This document shows positions 56,767 to 64,000 of a stretch of DNA of 64,000 nucleotides, in pieces. Position 1 is the first letter of the stretch. Each line of letters starts with the position of its first letter. A program made the translations under genes and the position numbers. The notes beneath the pieces were generated by a model. The model was not told the origin of the DNA. It saw only the letters and a program-made list of their open reading frames with translations, and made no database searches. Source of the DNA: Alphaproteobacteria bacterium (lineage in GTDB: Bacteria > Pseudomonadota > Alphaproteobacteria > UBA828); NCBI GenBank assembly GCA_963667785.2, contig CAXXMU010000006.1, forward strand, positions 608,001 to 672,000, written 5' to 3'.

Positions 56767-58971
56767 TCACGAGTGTCCGTGCCCTCGGGATTCGATGGTG
56801 AGGAGATATCGATAGAGCTTCACGATCAGCTGCTCTTCATTTTCTTCCAGCCACAGCCGGGCGGCAGGGGTCAGCATCATCGTTCGGCAGGGCTGGTCCG
56901 CAATCATGGCGGTCTCGGCTGCATGCGCGCCGAAGGCGCCTCTCGGCTCGACCGCATCGCCTGGTCCGCATTGAAACAGCCGCGCGCCTGAGGAATCGAA
57001 GGCGGAGGCTTGGCCCTTTGTCAGCAGTTGCAAGCCCTTCTGCGGCTCGCCAATCGATACGAGGACCTCGCCGGCGTCGTATTCGCGAGCTTCCAGCCAG
57101 TCGCGGAGCTCATCGACCATGTCCTCGAACACGACCTGCCTGTCGAGATGGCGCTCCATGTCGCCGACGACCCGTTCCAGCAAAGCGTCGCCCAGGTCCT
57201 CGTCTGCGGCGGGGTCCGACCGCCAGGTGGCAAGAACGATATCCTCGCAGCGCTCCAGGGCACGGTCCGCGTCCGGCTCGAACAGCAGGTTTTCGTGGAC
57301 GGCGGAGGGGAGGTTGCGCTCCAGTCCGTTCTCGAGTTTCTCCGACGCTGCGCTCAGCACCACCCGCGCTCCGACGGCCTGCGCGGCATGCATGAACCTG
57401 CACAGCCCGTTGATGGCGGAGAAATCGAAGCCGGACACTGCGCCGAAATCCAGCAGGATGCAGGCCGGCCTCGGGGTGGCGTCCAGAGACTGCCTGAGGC
57501 GGTCCAGCAGGGGGCCGACGCTGCCGAAGAAGACATATCCGCGCAGCCGGTACGCCTGTATCCGTTGTCCCTCCGCCCGCAGTATGGCTCGATCGGGAAT
57601 GGAACGGCTCCTGTTGCTGTGACGCTCACGGGCGGTGTAGCTGGCTTCGATCAAGTCCACGCGGCTGAGGCGGACGGCGAAGAACACCATGGTGATCAGC
57701 ATTCCGACGCCCACCCCCTCGAGAAAACCCAGGGACACGATGGTGGCGGCGATCAGCAGGAGAATTGCGTATTCGGTCCAAGGTAACCGCCTGCGGCCCT
57801 TCACGATCCACTCATCCAGCAGACCGAGGCCGAGGAACAGCAACATCCCGGCGATGAGCGGCACGGGGACCAGGTTCAAGAGTGAATCGCCCAGGAGAAC
57901 GACAGAGCCGATCAGCAGGGCGGTCACGACGCCGGTCAGCCGAGTTTCGGCTCCGAACCTGTTGCTGAGAATCGAAAAGGTGAATATCAGGCTTCCACCT
58001 GGACCGGCGCCCAGGCCGGCGATCACACCGGCGCCGCCTGCCGCCTTGAACTCCCTGTTCCACTCCAACTCCTGGTTCGCGGCAAGTTCAAGGGCGCTCA
58101 AGTGCATGGCCACGGCGATCAGAGTCACCACGATCAGGGTCAGAATGTTGGGCACTTGAGCGGCTACCGCGGCCCAATCCACATGCGTCACGTCGCCGGA
58201 ATGGAAGGGATGCCACAGACCTCCTTCCGCGGTGCCGGCGAACAGCAGACCCGCCGCCCGGGCTTCATCTCCCGAGACCCCCAGGCCGGCAAGGACCAGA
58301 TGATAGAGCATGGCGATGAGCAGGAAACTCGCCGGCAGAATGAAATGATTGCTCCAACGTTTCGTGGCAAGGGCGAGGCCGAGACCGTAGGCCACGCCCG
58401 GAGCCCATCTCCACAGCACATCGGGCTCCAGGAGAGAGGGGAGGGTTTGCCTCTCCGCCGTGACTCCCATCAGCGACAGGGCGGCCACGCACAAGAGTAC
58501 CCCTGTCCCGGCGATGAACCCGCCTGCCACGGAATAGGGGATGAACCGGATCAGGTTGGCGAGCCGAAAATGCCCGACGATCAGAAAACAGATGCCCGTC
58601 GCCACTGCCCCGATGATCACGACCGTGACCGTGGTCACGAAGCGCGCGACCGCGTCGCCCTCCACACCGATCGTCGACGCGATCACGACCAAGACCATCG
58701 AGGACGGCACCGCGGTCATCGAGAGCGCGCCACGGTAGCCGCTGGTCAGGGCGATCCACAGGCAGACGACGAATCCGCCGAACAGCACCATGATCGTGCC
58801 CTGGGACAGAAACGGCGCCAACGGGCCCGAGAATACGAGGGCCCCCACGGAAATCAGGTATGCCGCTCCGATCACGCCCACGACCAGGCCGACCGACAGC
58901 GCAGGGAACAGGTTGCCCGAGACCACGTCGGCGCGCAGTTCGGACATCAGGTTCATGAGCGCCGATCTCAT
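56767..58971 (-). CDS. SulP family anion transporter with STAS and cNMP-binding domains
   Basis: Many TM segments; HSNRSR, LRGYVFFGS, LDF.AV.GFD (STAS); C-terminal cNMP-like domain. Confidence 0.88.
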   Translation of the reverse strand: MRSALMNLMSELRADVVSGNLFPALSVGLVVGVIGAAYLISVGALVFSGPLAPFLSQGTIMVLFGGFVVCLWIALTSGYRGALSMTAVPSSMVLVVIASTIGVEGDAVARFVTTVTVVIIGAVATGICFLIVGHFRLANLIRFIPYSVAGGFIAGTGVLLCVAALSLMGVTAERQTLPSLLEPDVLWRWAPGVAYGLGLALATKRWSNHFILPASFLLIAMLYHLVLAGLGVSGDEARAAGLLFAGTAEGGLWHPFHSGDVTHVDWAAVAAQVPNILTLIVVTLIAVAMHLSALELAANQELEWNREFKAAGGAGVIAGLGAGPGGSLIFTFSILSNRFGAETRLTGVVTALLIGSVVLLGDSLLNLVPVPLIAGMLLFLGLGLLDEWIVKGRRRLPWTEYAILLLIAATIVSLGFLEGVGVGMLITMVFFAVRLSRVDLIEASYTARERHSNRSRSIPDRAILRAEGQRIQAYRLRGYVFFGSVGPLLDRLRQSLDATPRPACILLDFGAVSGFDFSAINGLCRFMHAAQAVGARVVLSAASEKLENGLERNLPSAVHENLLFEPDADRALERCEDIVLATWRSDPAADEDLGDALLERVVGDMERHLDRQVVFEDMVDELRDWLEAREYDAGEVLVSIGEPQKGLQLLTKGQASAFDSSGARLFQCGPGDAVEPRGAFGAHAAETAMIADQPCRTMMLTPAARLWLEENEEQLIVKLYRYLLTIESRGHGHS

Positions 58972-59239
58972 GGGCCTGACGGAACCCTGCGTTGCGCGGA
59001 AACGAGTTTGATCTCGAATTGTCGCCGGTTGCGTCCGTCGTACAGGGGCATGTGCGCGGGCTTGTTTAGCGTCGCACGCCAGACGTCTCGAAAACTGGGG
59101 TGAAGGGCGCCAAAGCGGCTCGTTCAGCGCTGAATAGCTGCCGATCCGCTCCGAAAGACGTTTTCATGGCGCGCGCGTCCCGCAAGCCGCAGCACGTACC
59201 CGGCTGATCGGGGAAGCAGGCCAGTCACTATGGTGGGTA

Positions 59240-59527
59240 CTACACGCCCTCGACGAAGATGAAATTGGAGTTGCTGGAGCGTGCCAGCGTTTGCTTGGGG
59301 CCCTCGAATTCCGGCGAATCGTACCATGCTTTCGCCTGGTCCATGCTGCTGAACTCGATGACGACCACGCGGTCGGGCGTCCAGTCGCCCTGCGCCACTT
59401 CGAACTTGCCCCCCCGAATCAGGTATGTGCCGCCATACTTGTCTACTGTCGCTGGAACCGCCTCGACAAACTCGCGGAATAGCCCCGGGTCCGAAATGTG
59501 CATGTCCGCGACCAGGTAGCACGCCAT
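59240..59527 (-). CDS. DUF1330 family protein
   Basis: YGGTYLIRGG, RVVVIEF.S..QAKAWYDSPE, FVEG. Confidence 0.9.
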   Translation of the reverse strand: MACYLVADMHISDPGLFREFVEAVPATVDKYGGTYLIRGGKFEVAQGDWTPDRVVVIEFSSMDQAKAWYDSPEFEGPKQTLARSSNSNFIFVEGV

Positions 59528-59797
59528 CCTCTATCACTCCTCCATTGAGGGCGCCAACGCGAGTCACAACAAGTTCTGGTCGGTTAGCGCTACCAACTCG
59601 CCCTTCGCGCTCCAGCTTTCGCGCCGTCTCGGCGAATGGCGATCTGCAGCACAACATAACTCATCGCATGTATTATTAGTGTGAATTGGCTGATGATTTA
59701 GATATCTTTTTCGTATCCATTCCGTCAGAACCGCAGCTGGTAAAGCACCTCGGTCCAGCCGGTAGGCCCTGCGGGAGCCTTCAGTGAGCGACGCAGA

Positions 59798-60036
59798 TCA
59801 GGCCGCGCGGGCTTGAGGACGGTGGCGAGCTAGGCTTGGGGCGGCGGCGGCGGCGAGCTTGGCGGTGCCGATGAGCGCATGCATCACCGCCGCGCGCTGG
59901 CCGCCACGATCGGCGCCCGCGAACAACCGGGACTTGCGTCCGAGACAGATGCCACGCAGCGCCCTCTCGGCCGCGTTATTCGTGAGGCAGATGCGCCCGT
60001 CGTCGAGGAAGCGGGCGAAGGCATCCCAGCGCTCAC
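59798..60036 (-). mobile_element. IS66 family transposase remnant
   Basis: RWDAFARFLDDGRICLTNNAAERALRGICLGRKS.LFAG.DRGG.RAA...LIGTAKL; N-terminus and C-terminal domain missing. Confidence 0.88.
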
Positions 60037-60098
60037 ACCGTCTTCTTCCCCGTCGTGCGGGCGCCATCCGCCCTGCCCCGCCGGAGCGAGCGGCCGGA

Positions 60099-62198
60099 TC
60101 AGAGGTCGAGCGCGGTCACCCTGTCGGCGTGGGTCTGGATGAAGGCGAGGCGGGATTCGGGACGGCGGCCCATCAGCTCCTCGACCCGACGCGCGGTGGC
60201 CGTGCCCGCGTCCTCGCCGATCTCGACGCGCAGCAGCGTGCGCCCTGCCGGGTTCATGGTGGTTTCCTTGAGCTGGGCGGGCGGCATCTCGCCCAGCCCC
60301 TTGAAGCGGCTGATCTCGACCTTGCCGGCGCCGGCGAAGTCGCTGGCGAGCAGCCGGTCGCGGTCGGCATCGTCGCGCGCATAGCGGGTGGTGCCGCCGC
60401 GGGCGAGACGATAGAGCGGCGGCTGTGCCAGGAAGAGCTGGCCGGCGTCGATCAGCCCCGGCATCTGGCGGTAGAAGAAGGTCATCAGCAGCGCCGCGAT
60501 GTGGGCGCCGTCCACGTCGGCGTCGGTCATGATGACGACGCGCTCGTAGCGGAGCGCGTTCGCATCGAAGCGCACGCCGGTGCCGCAGCCGAGCGCCTGC
60601 ACGAGATCGTCCAGCTCCTTGTTGCCGCGCAGCTTGTCGGCGCTGGCGCTGGCGACGTTGAGGATCTTGCCGCGCAGCGGCAGCACCGCCTGGGTCTCGC
60701 GGTTGCGCGCCTGCTTGGCGGAGCCGCCGGCCGAATCGCCTTCGACCAGGAAAATCTCGGTGCCCGCCGCCGCCTCGCGCGCGCAGTCCGCAAGCTTGCC
60801 CGGCAGGCGGGTCTTGCGGGCGGCGCGCTTGCGCGCGACCTCGCGGTCCTTGCGGCGCCGGAGCCGCTCCTCGGCACGCTCGACGACGCGCTCCAGCAGC
60901 AGGTTGGCGGCGGCGGGATCGGCCGAGAGCCAGTGGTCGAAGTGATCGCCGAGGGCGTTCTCCACCAGGCGGCCCGCCTCGGGCGAGACCAGGCGCTCCT
61001 TGGTCTGCCCCTGGAACTGCGGCTCGCGCAGGAACACCGAGAGCAGCGCGCAGGCGCCGCCCACCACGTCGTCGGCGGTGAGCTGGGCGGCGCGCTTGTT
61101 GCCCACCAGCGCGCCATAGCCCTTCAGCCCGCGCACCAGGGCGGCGCGCATGCCGGCCTCGTGGCTGCCGCCGTCGCTGGTCGGCACCGTGTTGCAGTGC
61201 GAGGCGACGAAGCCCTCTTCGTCCTCGGGCCAGGCGAGCGCCCATTCGAGGCGGCCGGCGTCGCCGTTGAGCGTGCCCTGGCCGGCGAAGGGGGCGGGCG
61301 TCAGCGTGTGGCGCCTGCCGAGCGCGGCCTTCAGATAGTCCGCCAGCCCGCCCGGATAGTGCAGCACCGTGCTCTCCGGCACCGTATCGGCACCGCCGAG
61401 CAGCGCGGGGTCGCAGGACCAGCGGATCTCGACGCCGCGATAGAGGTAGGCGCGCGTCCGCGCCATCTCGTGCAGCGGCCCCGGCCCGAAGCGGAGCGCC
61501 GCCCCGAAGATCTCGGGATCGGGGCGGAAGCGCACGAGCGTGCCGCGCCGGTTGGTGACCGGCCCTGCATCCTCCAGCGGGCCGGTGGGCAGCCCGCGGG
61601 CGTAACCCTGCCGCCACAGCCGCCTGTCGCGCGCGACCTCGACCGTCAGCGACTCGGAGAGGGCGTTGACCACCGAGAGGCCCACGCCATGCAGCCCGCC
61701 CGAGGTCGCATACACCTTGTCGCCGAACTTGCCGCCCGAGTGCAGCGTGGTGAGGATCACCTCGAGCGCGGAGACGTTCTCGTACTTCGGATGCGGGTCG
61801 ACCGGGATGCCGCGGCCATTGTCCCTGACCGACGCCGAGCCGTCGCCGTGGAGCGCGATCTCAATGCGGCTCGCATGGCCGGCGATCGCCTCGTCCATGG
61901 CATTGTCGACCAGCTCGGCGAGCAGGTGGTGCAGCGCCCGCTGATCGGTGCCGCCCACGTACATGCCGGGCCGCCGGCGCACCGGCTCCAGCCCCTCGAG
62001 AATCTCGATGTCGTGCGCGGTGTAGCCGCCGGAGGGACGCGCGGGCGACGGTGCCGCCGCCTGCGCCTTCGCCTGTTGCCGGCGGCGGCCGGCAGCAGGC
62101 GCCTTGCGCGCGGCCTTGCCCTTGCCCTTCCCCTTCTTCGCCGGGGCGGCAGAGGCGCTCTCGTCGAGCCCGGCGAAGAGATCGAGGGTGTTGGCCAT
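60099..62198 (-). CDS. parE: DNA topoisomerase IV subunit B
   Basis: LEGLEPVRRRPGMY, DNAMDE, EGDSAGGSAKQAR, PLRGKILNV, MTDADVDG, RFKGLGEM; lacks the GyrB insert. Confidence 0.95.
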   Translation of the reverse strand: MANTLDLFAGLDESASAAPAKKGKGKGKAARKAPAAGRRRQQAKAQAAAPSPARPSGGYTAHDIEILEGLEPVRRRPGMYVGGTDQRALHHLLAELVDNAMDEAIAGHASRIEIALHGDGSASVRDNGRGIPVDPHPKYENVSALEVILTTLHSGGKFGDKVYATSGGLHGVGLSVVNALSESLTVEVARDRRLWRQGYARGLPTGPLEDAGPVTNRRGTLVRFRPDPEIFGAALRFGPGPLHEMARTRAYLYRGVEIRWSCDPALLGGADTVPESTVLHYPGGLADYLKAALGRRHTLTPAPFAGQGTLNGDAGRLEWALAWPEDEEGFVASHCNTVPTSDGGSHEAGMRAALVRGLKGYGALVGNKRAAQLTADDVVGGACALLSVFLREPQFQGQTKERLVSPEAGRLVENALGDHFDHWLSADPAAANLLLERVVERAEERLRRRKDREVARKRAARKTRLPGKLADCAREAAAGTEIFLVEGDSAGGSAKQARNRETQAVLPLRGKILNVASASADKLRGNKELDDLVQALGCGTGVRFDANALRYERVVIMTDADVDGAHIAALLMTFFYRQMPGLIDAGQLFLAQPPLYRLARGGTTRYARDDADRDRLLASDFAGAGKVEISRFKGLGEMPPAQLKETTMNPAGRTLLRVEIGEDAGTATARRVEELMGRRPESRLAFIQTHADRVTALDL

Positions 62199-62363
62199 GG
62201 CCCTGACTGAGGCCCCGTTGCTGCAGTGAGCGCGTGGACGCGCCGGCGCCACTATAGGGAGGGGCGCGGCGTCTGCCAACGATCCTTCGACATGTTGTGG
62301 TCCGCAGGCGTTCCGCTACCACAAGTGGTTGCTTGAGTCGCCAGCCGGCGCGACCGGCCGGGT

Positions 62364-63518
62364 CTAAAGCCCCGCCTTGGTCTCGGCCAGCACCAGATCG
62401 ACCACGCGGTGCAGGGCTTCGTCTTCCGTGTCGCCCTCCAGGCGCCGCAGGCGGTAGAGGTCGATCTGGCGATCCGCGCCGGTGCCCTCCCTGACGATGG
62501 TGAGCGCGCGACGCAGCTCAGTCTCGCAGCCGAGCGCACGGGCATCCGCCGCAAGCTCGTCGACCAGCGCGCTCACGTAGTCGTGGATGTCCACGCGCCC
62601 GCTGCCGGCGGCGCTATCGCCGAAGAAGGCGTGCACGCCGTAGCGCTGGGCAATCCAGCGATCCTGCTCAATGAGCTCGGTGCGCGGCTCGGGCGGCAGC
62701 GCGCCGTCCCGCTCCCGGCGCCAGAGCCGGCGGACCAGGGCGGCATAGAGCGCCACGACGCTCATCGCATCCTCGATGCCCGTGCAGACGTCGCAGATCC
62801 GCAGCTCGATGGTCGGATAGGCCCTGGAAGGGCGGATGTCCCACCAGAGCTCGCTGGCATCGCCGATGTAGTCCATGCGCCGGTAGTCGGAGACGAGGTC
62901 GTCGTAGTCGGCCCAGGAGCCGAGCGGGCCGGGCAGCCCGGTGCGCGGCAGGGCGCCCATCACGGTGAGCCGATAGGACTTGTACCCGGTATCGTGCCCG
63001 CTGTTGAACGGCGAGGACGAGGAGAGAGCCTGCAGCAGCGGCAGGTAGCGCCTGAGCGCGGTCATCACCCGGATGCGCGCATCCTCATCGCCGAAGCCCG
63101 CGTGGACGTGCATGCCGCCGACGAGGGTGCGGCGCACGGTCTCCCGATAGGTGGAGGCGAAGCGCCGGTAGCGCTCTCCGGGCGTGGGCGCCTGCTCCCG
63201 CCACGAGGCGAAGGGGTGGGTGGAGGCTGCCATGACTACAGCACCGTGCGCCTCGGCCGCCTCGACGACGATCCGCCGGGTCTCGATCAGCGCCTGGCGC
63301 ACCTCGGCCACCGAGCTGCACACCCGCGTGTTGGTCTCGATCTGGGAGCGCAGGAACTCGTGCACGACCTTGTGGGGGCCGGCGTTCGCCTGGCAGTGCT
63401 CGAAGATGCCTTCGTCGGGATCGGCGAGGAGATCGCGAGTCTCGGGATCGACGAGGAAGAACTCCTCCTCGACGCCGAGGGTGATCGCGAGGTCCTGGCT
63501 CTCGGCTGGATCGGTCAT
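62364..63518 (-). CDS. ybdK: Carboxylate-amine ligase (GCS2/YbdK family)
   Basis: TLGVEEE, SQIE, GMHVH, SSSPF, WWDIRP, TIELRICD. Confidence 0.9.
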   Translation of the reverse strand: MTDPAESQDLAITLGVEEEFFLVDPETRDLLADPDEGIFEHCQANAGPHKVVHEFLRSQIETNTRVCSSVAEVRQALIETRRIVVEAAEAHGAVVMAASTHPFASWREQAPTPGERYRRFASTYRETVRRTLVGGMHVHAGFGDEDARIRVMTALRRYLPLLQALSSSSPFNSGHDTGYKSYRLTVMGALPRTGLPGPLGSWADYDDLVSDYRRMDYIGDASELWWDIRPSRAYPTIELRICDVCTGIEDAMSVVALYAALVRRLWRRERDGALPPEPRTELIEQDRWIAQRYGVHAFFGDSAAGSGRVDIHDYVSALVDELAADARALGCETELRRALTIVREGTGADRQIDLYRLRRLEGDTEDEALHRVVDLVLAETKAGL

Positions 63519-63647
63519 CGGTCGTTCACGTCACTTAACCGGGTTGTGCAGATGCTATGCCCGCCGGGGCATGAAGCATTGTCTCTGCACGGCCCCGTCC
63601 GCCGCAATCGGTTAGTATGGGCGCGACGCAGCCGGCAAGAGGTTTCC

Positions 63648-64000
63648 GTGCAGCCAGAGACCGAGCGACGCCTCGCCACCGAAGCGCTCGACCGCATCGG
63701 CCGCAGCGCCCTGCCCGAGGCCGATGCCGCCATGACGGTGGACGGCAGGCGCTACACCTGCACGGACGCACTGGCGGCGGAGAGGGAGGCGCTCTTCCGC
63801 CGCCACCCCCTGCCGCTCGCCTTCGGCTGCGAGATCGCCGACCCCGGCGACTACCTGACCCTCGACATCGCCGGCGTGCCGGTGCTGCTGATGCGCGGCG
63901 ACGACGGCACGGTGCAGGGCCTGCTCAACACCTGTCGCCACCGCGGCGCCCGCCTGCTCGACGGCGCGGGTCACGTCGGCAGGGCCTTCGCCTGCCCCTA
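63648..64000 (+). CDS. Rieske ring-hydroxylating oxygenase alpha subunit, 3'-truncated by window edge
   Basis: Manual translation from GTG 63648: PGDYLTLDIAGVPVLLMRGDDGTV..LLNTCRHRG...FACP; not in the ORF track. Confidence 0.88.
   Translation, partial: MQPETERRLATEALDRIGRSALPEADAAMTVDGRRYTCTDALAAEREALFRRHPLPLAFGCEIADPGDYLTLDIAGVPVLLMRGDDGTVQGLLNTCRHRGARLLDGAGHVGRAFACP

Noticed and set aside
56387-56770. Short ORFs between znuA and sulP
   Set aside because: No motifs, RBS or codon bias; likely non-coding or decayed

Overview
High-GC bacterial chromosome segment, most consistent with an alphaproteobacterium (CIRCE-regulated groESL, Asp-rich HemB, ParE with an N-terminal extension). About 55 CDS, mostly catabolic or housekeeping: acs, an oxalyl-CoA synthetase-like ligase plus PanE2-like reductase, ggt, gmhB/gmhA, groES/groEL, many amidases/amidohydrolases/SDRs, a GcvT-family dehydrogenase, penicillin acylase, a CaiB CoA-transferase, hemB, a non-CODH CoxMSL-type molybdenum hydroxylase linked to AtuA genes, dtd, hicBA, RcnA-like/ZnuA metal genes with a Zur-like box, SulP, parE, ybdK and a truncated Rieske oxygenase. 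Main accessory signals: (1) a ~5.1 kb unit bounded by a ~0.65 kb diverged direct repeat (hemB 5' end + divergent promoter + lipoprotein 5' end) that carries a single ~1250 aa secreted FG-GAP/ASPIC-UnbV-vanadium haloperoxidase fusion and no integrase; (2) a 28.9-32.2 kb patch with secreted/MORN proteins, AT-rich HEPN-like genes and a non-coding element built from two exactly 10-bp-phased repeat arrays; (3) a solitary AT-rich PIN nuclease gene; (4) an IS66 remnant. No rRNA, tRNA or CRISPR array seen. All calls come from visual motif reading; no searches were run.
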